This document shows, one piece after another, positions 45,202 to 55,020 of a stretch of 58,848 bases of DNA. The DNA comes from Prasinococcaceae sp. CCMP 1430 (Eukaryota > Plantae > Prasinodermophyta): contig RQSC01001348.1 in the NCBI GenBank assembly GCA_013416795.1, positions 7,699 through 66,546 of the forward strand, given 5' to 3'. Under the pieces are notes generated by a model. It worked only from the letters and a program-made list of their open reading frames with translations. It was not told the DNA's origin and did no database searches. The position numbers and the translations under genes were made by a program. Positions within the stretch are counted from its first letter, which is position 1. Each line of letters begins with the position of its first letter.

Positions 45202-46668
45202 CTGCACACGTCGCACATGTACCACCAGGCCAAGGCGGACTTCGCCAAGCACGGCATCAAGATCGCCGGCGACATCGAGATCGACGTGCCCGCCATGATC
45301 AAGCACAAGGCCAAGGCGGTCACGGGCCTCACCAAGGGTATTGAGGGCCTCTTCAAGAAGAACAAGGTCACCTACGTGAAGGGCTGGGGCAAGCTCAACG
45401 CCGGCAACGCCGTGTCCGTCGCGCTCAACGACGGCGGCGAGGAGACCCTGAACGCCAAGAACGTCATCCTTGCCACGGGCTCCGCCGTCGCCAACCTGCC
45501 GGGCGTGCCCATCGACGAGGAGCAGATCGTGTCGTCCACGGGAGCGCTCGAGCTGCAGGAGGTGCCCAAGAGGCTGGTGGTCATCGGCGGCGGGTACATC
45601 GGCCTGGAGATGGGCTCCGTGTGGAGCCGCCTCGGCTCGGAGGTCACCGTCGTCGAGTTCCTGCCCAACATCGTGCCCACCATGGACGGCGAGATCCGCA
45701 AGGCCTTCCAGCGCTCGCTCACCAAGCAGGGCATGAAGTTCAAGCTCTCCACGAAGATCACTGGCGCCGAGAAGAACGCCGACGGCAGCGTGCGCCTGAG
45801 CATGGAGCCCTCCAAGGGCGGCGAGACGGAGACGATGGATGTGGACGTGGTGCTCGTGTCCGTGGGCCGCACCCCGTACACGGAGGGGCTCGGCCTGGAG
45901 GAGGCGGGCGTGCAGCTGGACGCGCGCGGCCGCGTGCAGGTTGACGGCAAGTTCCAGACGAGCGTGCCGGGCGTGTATGCCATCGGCGACATTATTGAGG
46001 GCCCCATGCTGGCGCACAAGGCCGAGGAGGACGGCATCGCGGCCGTGGAGAACATCGCCGGCAAGGTGGGCCACGTCAACTACGACACGGTGCCCTCCAT
46101 CGTCTACACGCACCCCGAGGTGGCCTCCGTGGGCCTCACCGAGGAGCAGGTCAAGGAGAGCGGCGTGGCGTACAACGTGGGCAAGTTCCCCTTCATGGCC
46201 AACTCGCGCGCCAAGACCAACGACGACTTCGACGGCATGGTCAAGTTCCTTGCCGACAAGGAGACCGACAAGATCCTCGGAGTCACCATCATGGGCCCCA
46301 ACGCGGGCGAGCTCATCCACGAGTGCTGCATCGCCATTGAATACGGCGGTGCCTCGGAGGACATCGCTAGGGTGTGCCACGGACATCCGACGCTTGCCGA
46401 GGTGAGGACGCGCGCGCGCGCGTGCCTGTGGGGTGTGTGCGTGCGTGCGTGCCTGGGGCGCGCGTGTATACCTGGTGGGTTTGCGTGAGTGTGCGGGCGT
46501 GCCCGCGTAGGCGCTCGGCGACGCGGCACCGCTCGCACCGCCGCCGGTGCTGACGCCTCTGGCGCGCGCGCGCACACACACACACACAAACAAACACATG
46601 CGCACACGCGCTCGCAGGCCGTCAAGGAGGCTGCCATGGCGACCCATTCCAAGCCCATCCACATGTAA
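44978..46668 (+). CDS. LPD1: Mitochondrial dihydrolipoyl dehydrogenase (E3); 5' end lies in the N-gap
   Basis: VVGGGPGGYVAAIKAAQLG, GGTCLNVGCIPSKALL, GGGYIGLEMG, MLAHKAEEDG and CHGHPTLAE|AVKEAAMA. Intron 46402-46617. Confidence 0.96.
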
Positions 46669-46880
46669 GGGGGCACTCCGCCATTTTTGACCAGGTCCGC
46701 AGGCCGCGGTGCCTCGCACTCACCACGTCTGCGCGCGCGCGCTCGAGTGTGCACGCGTGTATTTGTGCGCTTGCGTCGCACACACGCGCGCGCGTGCACG
46801 CGAGCGCAGCGCGCGTGGCGTTTGCGTGGAGGTCTCTCAACGCCCGTAGCCTTACGACGCGCCGGTGCCAGGCAGCGCGC

Positions 46881-47351
46881 TCAGTCGTCGTCTTGGAACT
46901 GGTGGGCACGCGCGGGCGCCGCGCTCGCGTCAGCGGGTGGGCAGCGAGCGCGCGGCCCGCGCGCTCGCGCGCGAAGCCAGATCGGACACACGCATACACG
47001 CACGCGCGCGCCTGTGCGCACAGACGTGCACTATATACGCACACACACACAGACACCGTATGCACTCACAGGCGAGCGCGGGCGGCACGAAAGCGCGCCT
47101 GCACTCCCCCGCCTCCAATCGGGCGCGCGCGCGCGCGCGCAACCCACCTCGCGGCTGTCGAGATAGCGCTTGGGACGCATCTCCTTCAGCTCCTCCTGGG
47201 AAAGCGTCTCACCGGTCGTCTCGAGCGTCTCGCGGTTGAGGCGGCGCACCTCCTCGAGGCGCTGTTCGTCGCGCTCCTCCATCTTCATGAAGAAGATGGG
47301 CACGCCCAGGCCCAGCGCCAGCCCGCCCACGCCCACGGCCACACCAACGGC
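46881..47351 (-). CDS. Small single-pass membrane protein with a charged C-terminus (5' exon not resolved)
   Basis: TM AVGVAVGVGGLALGLGVPIFF, then EERDEQRLEEVRRLNRE...MRPKRYLDSRE|FQDDD. Clean GTGGGT donor at 47147 and CAG acceptor at 46899. Confidence 0.65.
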
Positions 47352-47974
47352 CTGCCGCGCGTGCACACACGTTCGCGAGCATGTGTGCGTTCGCGCGTGC
47401 GTGCGAGTGGGCGTGTGCGCGTGTGGGTGTGTGTGGTGTGTGGACGCGCACGCGAGTGTATGCGTGCGCATGGGCATGATGTGATAGCGTGCGTGCGAGA
47501 GAGAAGGAGAAGAGAGGGAGAGGGGCCAGTGCGGAGGTGGGCGCAGCGGCGCGGCGCGCACCATCGGGTGTTTGTGCGCGGGCGATCGCGCGTGTCAGCG
47601 CGTTGCGTGGGATCCCGAAAATTCTCATCCGCCCTACCCAGGCGCGGAGTCGGTCGGTCGGGTTGGTGGGATGTCAATCAGACATCGGTCGGATTCGGTC
47701 GCCCGGCGCCGGCCCGTGGGGGTGGGGATGTCGGATGCTCGATCGATCGATCGGATCGAGCTGCTCTGTCGATCTGTCGGTCTTCCGCCGCGCGCGTTCA
47801 TCGATCGGATAGACCGAATTTGCGGTTCGCATCCTGTCCACTCGGTCGGTCGGTCGGGCCTGCCCCACCAACCAACCAACGACACCAACAAAAACGACTT
47901 CGCGCGCGCACGCACGACCGCCGGAATTCGCGGCGGCCGGCCGCGGGGACGCGCGCGCTCGCGGTCCTCGGGCG

Positions 47975-49882
47975 ATGGCGGGCGGCGGCGGCGGGGTTTC
48001 CCGGAGGGCGGTTTCGAGGAAGGACGTTCCGAGGTTTTTGGCGGGGCGTTGCCGGCGGCCCGATCGCGCGCGCGCGCGCGCTGCCGCGGCCGCGCTGACT
48101 CAGCGCGCGAGCGCGCGCGCAGCGGCAGGAGAGGGGGAAGGGCCCCGGCTTCGGNCGCCTCGCCGCCGCCGCAGCAGCCGCCCGGGCCGCCGGCAGGGAC
48201 GCAGCCGCGGCAGCCGCCGCTGCCAAATCGGCCGCCAATTGGCCTCACGAGCGTGAGGCTCCGTGGGGGTGGCTCGCCCCGCGCGTCGCTCGGCGTTGTC
48301 ACGACCGCTGAGACCGCGCGGCTCGCCGCGAACGCCAGGTGCGAGCGCGTGCGCCCAGACCCGGCACCCGCAACGCACGTGATCGGGTGCCCGCGTGTCT
48401 TGTGTGCCTCCGCAACAGCTGACGCGCGCCCTTGCGCGGAATGGCACGTGCAGGCCGTCGACCCTGCCTGGCGGGGCTCCTACCCTGTCGTTTTCGCGAC
48501 GAGCCGAAGCGCGGCGTGAGGCCGACTTGCGCGTGCGCGTGTGGGACGCCGACTGGACGCGCGAGGCAGCCTCGGAGGCAGGAAACGCAGCGGCGGGCAA
48601 GGGAGCGCAAGCGCGTCGAAGGACGTGCAGCGCGGTGGTCAAAGAGTATTCCGCAGCCGCGCGTTTTCTCGGCGAAGCCGAGGTGCGCGCGTGCGAGGCG
48701 TTGCTGAGCGGTGCGCATGCTCGCGAAAGTCGCCAGTGCGAGCTCGCGTTCCCGTCGGCGGGCGTGCTCGGTTGGGAGCCTCCGCTTGCGCCGCTCGTGG
48801 GTGCCTTCGAGGCGCCAGCGCGCGGGCGATGGTACGGTGCCACAGATGACATCGATGCCGACGCCGAGGCCAACAGCTTGTGGCTGGTCTACAACGAACG
48901 CGCGTCGGCGCTGCACGCGCCGCCAGTGACGCTGCTTGAGGCGGCGCGCGCATCGCGCGAGGCGCTGGCCGCCTTGCAGGAGCGACGCACGGCTGCGCGG
49001 GGCGAGCGCCCGGCCGGTGAGGCGCGCGATGGGCCGCGGTCGGCGCTCGGGCGTGCGCGAGATGGGCTGGCTGAGGACGCCGCGCGCCGTCGCTGTGCCG
49101 ACTGGGTGTCGCTCGGATGCGGCGCGCTGGCGTGGGCGCATGCGCGCGGCGTGGCGCACGGCGCGCTCGGACCAGAATCGCTGCTCTACTCTTCGCCGGC
49201 GGATGCCGCGTGCGCCGCACGCGCCGCGACGGCGAGCGACCCGCATGCCGGTCCGTGTGCTCCGCCGGGCCGCCTGGAGCTCACCAACCTCGGGTTCGCG
49301 TCGGTGGGCGGTGGCGATGCGGAGCACTCCGAGGCCCTCGCGGCCGACTCGCGGCGGCTCGGCGCGGCGCTCGCGCAGTGTGTGGTCGAGGCGCTGCTGC
49401 TGCCGCCGGGGCCTTTTCTACCGAACGGGCGGCGGCGCACCGATGACGACCCCGACGAGGAGCTGGAGATAATAGCCGAGGCGACACGCGCCCTGCTCGG
49501 CGACGGCGTGACCGTGCCCGACCCCGATGTGCAAGCCTTTGAATCCTTCGCCGCGTCGCGGCCCCGCTGGACGCGCGCGCGCGCCTTCCTCGATGCCGGG
49601 GGCTCGCGCAGCGGCTGGCGGGCGATCGAGCTGCTGGCCTGCGCGCGAGCGCCGCCGGCGACAGTCGCGCGTGGCGCGGCCGTCGAACTGCGCGCCTACC
49701 ACTACGCAAACTCCGCCGTCGACGCCGTCGACCAGGGTGGCGACCGAGCCCGCGACGACCCGGTGGACGCCGGCGGAGACGGCGCCGCCGACGGCGTTGG
49801 GGGGGGCGCGGCGCTCGGCGGCGGGCTGCGGCTGCCGCCGCCCCTCCTGGCGGCGCTCGACGCCCTCGCGCTCGGCACGTGA
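47975..49882 (+). CDS. Protein-kinase-fold protein with a degenerate active site (probable pseudokinase); start uncertain because of the N at 48155
   Basis: AVVKEY (beta3 Lys), GEAEV (alphaC Glu), LWLVY, GVAHGALGPESLL (no HRD) and LELTNLGFA (no DFG). Intron 48339-48453 region. Confidence 0.6.
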
Positions 49883-50065
49883 CCGGCCGCACCCTCCGCG
49901 CTCCCACCCCTGTACAGTACTGTGCGTAACGCAAGCACCGCGCACCCGCTCTCGGTGCTGGTGAAATTTGGTTTCGATCCTGGAATAATTAGGGTGTAGG
50001 GTTTGTTCGGAAATCAATGCTTTTTTATAGGAGCGTGTGGGTGCAGGTGTGTGTGTGTTGTGTGG

Positions 50066-50106
<41 letters not shown>

Positions 50107-50122
50107 GTGGTGTCACACACAC

Positions 50123-51561
50123 ATGCAAGCGGCCGGCGGCGGGCCGGCCGACCTCGAGCGCTTCGCCGCGGCGGTGCTCGCCGACTCGGTGGACGCCGTC
50201 ACGTCGCGCGCGATGTGCGGCGCGCTCGTCCAGGGAATCACCACGGCGGGCCTGCCGGCGGACGCACACAAGGTGAGCTTGTGGCGCGTGCGTGCGTGCC
50301 CTCGCGTGCGGGGGAGTGCAGGGCCTGGAGCTTGCACGTGGCTGTCGGATCTGCCCGCCTGCCGACGCTCTGCTTCTCGCTGACGCGCGCGCGCGCGGCC
50401 CGCCTCGTCGTGTACACAGGTGGCGGCCGAGGCCACGCTGGCGCTGCTCGCACCACGCGCGGTGAGCTTCCTCGCGGAAACCAACTCGTTGCGGCAGCAG
50501 CTGAGCTCGCTGCTCGAGGCGGAGGAGGAGTGGTCGCGCGCGGCGGCGGTGCTCAGCGGCATTGACCTCGACAGCGGCACGACGGACGCCAACCGTGAGC
50601 GCCGCGAGGCGGACAAGCTACGCACCGAGGTGCACATCGCGCGGCTCTACCTGGAGGACGATGACCCGGCGCAGGCCGAGGCGCACGTCCGGCGCGCCGC
50701 CGCGCTGGTCGCGGGCAGCGCCGACGAGCTGCTGCAGCTGCAGTACAGCACGTGTCACGCCCGCGTGCTCGACGCGCAGCGCAGGTTCCTGGAGGCGTCG
50801 CTCGCGTACTACGCCGTCAGCAAGAAAGTGTCAGTGACCGACGGCGATGGGAATCGACTCGAGCAGGACGAGGCCGAGCAGCAGACGGCGCTCACGCAGG
50901 CCACCACGTGTGCCATCCTCGCGCCGGCGGGCCCGCAGCGCAGCCGCATACTCGCCACGCTCTACAAGGACGAGCGCTGCGCAAAGCTGCCCTCGTACGC
51001 GCTGCTCGAGAAGGTGCACCTGGAGCGCATGCTGCGGCCCGCCGAGGTCGAATCCTTCACGCAGACCCTCCGGCCGCATCAGATGGCCGTGCGCGGCGAC
51101 GGCACGCGCGTGCACGAGCGCGCGGTGGTCGAACACAATCTTCTGGCCGCGTCGACGCTGTACACCAACATCAGCTTCGGCGAGCTGGGCTCGCTGCTGG
51201 GGACGACGGCCGAGGCCGCCGAGAGCATCGCCGCTCGAATGGTAATCGAGGACCGCATGCGCGCGTCCATCGACCAGGTTGACGGCTATATACACTTCAT
51301 GCCCGACGTGCGTGCGTGCGCGGCATGCGCGGCCTGCGCGCGCGCGAGCGCATGCGCCCGTGCCTCCGTGCGCGCGATGTTGCGATCGCGGGCACCCGAC
51401 TGACGCGTTTGACGCGCGCGAATGTTCGCGGGGGCGCCCAGGTGGAGGAGCTCTCGCTGTGGGATGCGCAGATCCAAGATGTGTGCGCAGCAGTGAACGA
51501 CGTGCTCGACGAGGCGGTGGCCAAAGGCCTCGTGGGCGACGACAGCGTCGCGATGGCGTAG
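50123..51561 (+). CDS. CSN4: COP9 signalosome subunit 4, 3 exons; the N-terminus may be incomplete
   Basis: PRAVSF, EEEWSRAAAVLSGIDLDSG, IARLYLEDDD, LAPAGPQRSRILATLYKDER, AVVEHNLLAAS.LYTNISF and WDAQIQDVC. TGTAA at 51597. Confidence 0.93.
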
Positions 51562-51873
51562 GGCCGACGCCGGAGCTCGCGCGTTAGGTTGTACAGTGTA
51601 ACACCTGCTGTGAATTCATACGAGCCATCCTGTGGCCTAGCCAGCAGCGATCTTTCGCACCGACGGCCATCGAGGCGTGCGCACCTCCTGTTCGCGTCCG
51701 GCCGCCCGCTCGCTCGCTCGCGCGCGCGCAGTCGGTGCGCGACAAGTGGACACCCACTGCCGAGGCCGACGGCGCGGACCGACCTGTGCATGCCATGTGT
51801 TAACAAAGATGTGTTTGTTAAGAGGGCCCGTTGCTGCGTTCACGCGTGGTGCGTCATTAAGCTGCGCATGCGC

Positions 51874-52395
51874 TTACATGCAGAGGTTGGGGCGCTTGCC
51901 CTTGTACACCATGCGCACGGTCTTGGACGAAGGCCTCATCTTCTGCTGCACGAGCGGGAACTTGAGGCTGGCGTCCATGAACTGCAGCGTGTTGACGCGC
52001 TTGACGCGGTCGTCGGGGATGGTCGCGGTCTTGATGATCTGGAGCGACGCGAAGCGCACGCGGTGGCGGCTGCCCATCTCGTCGTACATCTGCTCGACGG
52101 CGCCGTTGAGCGTGGTGTCGCGGTACTCCTTGTACATGTTGTGCTCGCCCGAGCGCGAGGTGAAGCGCACCCAGATGCCGTAGTTCTGCACGGTCGAGGC
52201 GTCCTCCTCGAAGATCTCGTTGCACGCGATGATCTGGCCGTTGGCCTTCTTCACCTTGGTGAGCATCGACATGAAGTACCAGAACTTCGAGCGCGCGCGC
52301 ACGGCGTCCGTCGACCACATCTTCATGCGGTAGAGCTTGGGGGACGGCTCAGCCTCGGTGGGCGTGTGGCGGCCCACGATCTGGTACTGGTGGTA
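51874..52395 (-). CDS. RPL18A: 60S ribosomal protein L18a (eL20), main exon; the first exon is probably in the gap 52655-53156
   Basis: [16 protein letters not shown]...[42 protein letters not shown] and KFPL. Confidence 0.96.
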   Translation of the reverse strand, partial: YHQYQIVGRHTPTEAEPSPKLYRMKMWSTDAVRARSKFWYFMSMLTKVKKANGQIIACNEIFEEDASTVQNYGIWVRFTSRSGEHNMYKEYRDTTLNGAVEQMYDEMGSRHRVRFASLQIIKTATIPDDRVKRVNTLQFMDASLKFPLVQQKMRPSSKTVRMVYKGKRPNLCM

Positions 52396-54453
52396 CTGCG
52401 GGAAGCGCCGTCCAAGTCGCGATTCCGAGCGGCGCGACGCAGGCGACCGCGGCGGCACGAGGCGACGGCGCGGGGCACCGCGGCGAAGGGGGGCGGCCAA
52501 GGCAGGAATACGCAGCGGCGGAGTCAGCACACACTCGTCACGCGCACGCGCGCGGCGCGGGCGCACGCAGCAACACGCGGTCCCGCCCCTCCGCGCCTAA
52601 GCCGCCGGTGGAGCGCGCGCGCCCCACCGGCGCTCGGCGCTCGGCGCTCGGCGCNNNNNNNNNNNNNNNNNNNNNNNNNNNNNNNNNNNNNNNNNNNNNN
52701 NNNNNNNNNNNNNNNNNNNNNNNNNNNNNNNNNNNNNNNNNNNNNNNNNNNNNNNNNNNNNNNNNNNNNNNNNNNNNNNNNNNNNNNNNNNNNNNNNNNN
52801 NNNNNNNNNNNNNNNNNNNNNNNNNNNNNNNNNNNNNNNNNNNNNNNNNNNNNNNNNNNNNNNNNNNNNNNNNNNNNNNNNNNNNNNNNNNNNNNNNNNN
52901 NNNNNNNNNNNNNNNNNNNNNNNNNNNNNNNNNNNNNNNNNNNNNNNNNNNNNNNNNNNNNNNNNNNNNNNNNNNNNNNNNNNNNNNNNNNNNNNNNNNN
53001 NNNNNNNNNNNNNNNNNNNNNNNNNNNNNNNNNNNNNNNNNNNNNNNNNNNNNNNNNNNNNNNNNNNNNNNNNNNNNNNNNNNNNNNNNNNNNNNNNNNN
53101 NNNNNNNNNNNNNNNNNNNNNNNNNNNNNNNNNNNNNNNNNNNNNNNNNNNNNNNNCCCGCGCGCTCCGCCCCCGCCCGCGCGGCGCGCGCAGCCGCCGC
53201 CCGCGAAATCCACACAGAAAATATATTTGTATTCCGTCTAATTATTCATATAACGTCATTTGACACGAAGAAAAAAGTCGGTTTAGATATATTTGGATCG
53301 TCACTTTCCATACATTCGGACGCGTTTGGCCGGCGGCGGCGTGGCTCCCGCCGCCCCCTCCCCGCCGCGTGCGATTTGACCTCCCGACGCCCCCGCGCGT
53401 GGCGCCTGACCTCCGCGCCCAAAAAAGTAAAGGCAGGACCCTGCGCCCCTCAGATCACGCATCTCTCGCGACTAAATGGCTTCAAAACGTGAATGTGTAC
53501 AATACTACGTTCAGAAGAGATTAACTTTCCGGGGATGAAATGGAAGGAGACCCAAAATGAGGGGATTAGGGTTCTGCGACGCATAATGCATGCCATCATG
53601 ATGATACAGTGTGAGTACACCTATGTTTTTTGACGGCGTTTCCGGTCGAAAAATGCGGGGCCAAAAAAAAAACGAGGGAGGGCCGCGAGCTGCTGCCGCG
53701 GCGACTCCCCGACTCGCGGCCCGGCCGGGAGCGGGGCCGCGACCCCTAAGAGTCGCCCCGCGAGCGCGCGTCCACACCTGGGCAGCGAGGCGCACCCCGG
53801 GGCTGCGCCGCCCCACCCCGCTCATTTTCGGTGGTAGTAGTATTTATTTTTCGGAATTCAGCCACTGAATGTTCTCACGTGCGTAGGAGTGTGCAGAACA
53901 CAATTGGCGGAGACCCAAAAGTCGGCGGCGCGCGCGCGCCACACACACGCCGACGAACGGTAGTTGGAATTTTTGTGGAATCCCAATACGGAATCCTAAC
54001 ACAAATGGATTCCATTTCTGAGTTGATGTGTTTACACGTAATGGATTCCACTTCGCGCGAGCGGATCGGCCGCGCGCGATACGGGGGTGCGGGACGGTTA
54101 CGGCGGCGGCGCGCGGCGCGCGGGCGGCGGCGNNNNNNNNNNNNNNNNNNNNNNNNNNNNNNNNNNNNNNNNNNNNNNNNNNNNNNNNNNNNNNNNNNNN
54201 NNNNNNNNNNNNNNNNNNNNNNNNNNNNNNNNNNNNNNNNNNNNNNNNNNNNNNNNNNNNNNNNNNNNNNNNNNNNNNNNNNNNNNNNNNNNNNNNNNNN
54301 NNNNNNNNNNNNNNNNNNNNNNNNNNNNNNNNNNNNNNNNNNNNNNNNNNNNNNNNNNNNNNNNNNNNNNNNNNNNNNNNNNNNNNNNNNNNNNNGGCGG
54401 CGGCGCGCGCGGCGCGCGCGGACACGGGCGCGGAGAGCTCGGCCGTCGCTCGC

Positions 54454-55020
54454 TCACTGCGCGGGCGGCGGCGGCAGGGGCTTGCCGGCCATCGCGTAGA
54501 GCAGCGGCGGGCCGACGGTCGGCATGTAGCCGGCGGTGTTGGCGTCGGGGTTGGTCTGCAGCTCGCCAGTGTACTCGATGCTGCACACCTTGCCATCGGC
54601 GTCGAAGGAGTAGTAGCCGATCTCGACGTCGAGCACGGCGCCCGCGCCGGAGAGCAGCGGGCTGTCCTTGGGCACCTCGTCGAGCTTAATCTCGGGGAAG
54701 GGCCCGACGGCGGGGATGTCGCCCTTGAGCACGCCGGTGGTCTGCTGCGAGCCGATCTTGACGCGGCCGTCGGGCAGCACCTCGATGAAGGCGTTGGTCC
54801 ACTTCCAGTCCGGGAAGGCCTTGGCCATCCCGACGGCGGTGCACCAGCCGAAGAAGGCGTCCACGGGCATCACCTTGCCGCCGTGGGTGAACGTGCAGTC
54901 CGCGCTGCACGAGGCCCCGTACGTGCCGTCCCACGCGCTCGTCATGAAGGACTCGACCACCTTGATCTTGTCCATCGCTGGGGACGACGCCGAGGAGGGG
55001 CCGGAGCAGATGTTTCCCAT
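54454..55020 (-). CDS. Small protein with a predicted N-acylation start (MGNICS) and a SnoaL/NTF2-like region
   Basis: Intronless ATG-to-TGA ORF with strong GC3 codon bias. ADCTFTH...AFPDWKWT...YYSFDADGKVCSIEY resembles the SnoaL-like pattern; the fold call is inference. Confidence 0.7.
   Translation of the reverse strand: MGNICSGPSSASSPAMDKIKVVESFMTSAWDGTYGASCSADCTFTHGGKVMPVDAFFGWCTAVGMAKAFPDWKWTNAFIEVLPDGRVKIGSQQTTGVLKGDIPAVGPFPEIKLDEVPKDSPLLSGAGAVLDVEIGYYSFDADGKVCSIEYTGELQTNPDANTAGYMPTVGPPLLYAMAGKPLPPPPAQ

Larger units (their letters stand above)
3521..51601. terminator. Dispersed TGTAA (UGUAA) polyadenylation signals downstream of stop codons
   Basis: + strand at 3521, 11763, 23892, 31324, 34177, 37789 and 51597; - strand at 11793, 27495, 31439, 37808 and 42439. 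Each lies within about 15-200 nt of a stop codon in the matching orientation. Confidence 0.8.
2226..53573. promoter_or_regulatory. Dispersed telo-box-like elements (AAACCCTA/TAGGGTTT) in intergenic promoter islands
   Basis: Full 8-mers at 2491, 27013, 29087, 39327 and 49997; 7-8 nt variants at 2226, 8224, 8298, 34555 and 53566. All are intergenic. Confidence 0.65.

Noticed and set aside
43630-46719. Very long ORFs spanning N-runs (also 54668-57754, 51589-53241, 34473-35658)
   Set aside because: They are artefacts of translation through gaps joined to antisense frames.
5382-51441. Introns as possible introner elements
   Set aside because: They share only splice signals (GTGCGT/GTGAGC/GTACGT, CTGAC, CAG) and low-complexity GC runs; I saw no extended near-identity between introns.
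42637-51561. USP and CSN4 as further members of a ubiquitin gene cluster
   Set aside because: They are about 25 kb from the E1/RING/UBX run and separated by unrelated housekeeping genes; such genes are common enough to co-occur by chance.
53590-53640. ATGATGA (perfect box C) in the AT-rich island
   Set aside because: There is no CTGA box D or terminal stem at a suitable distance.
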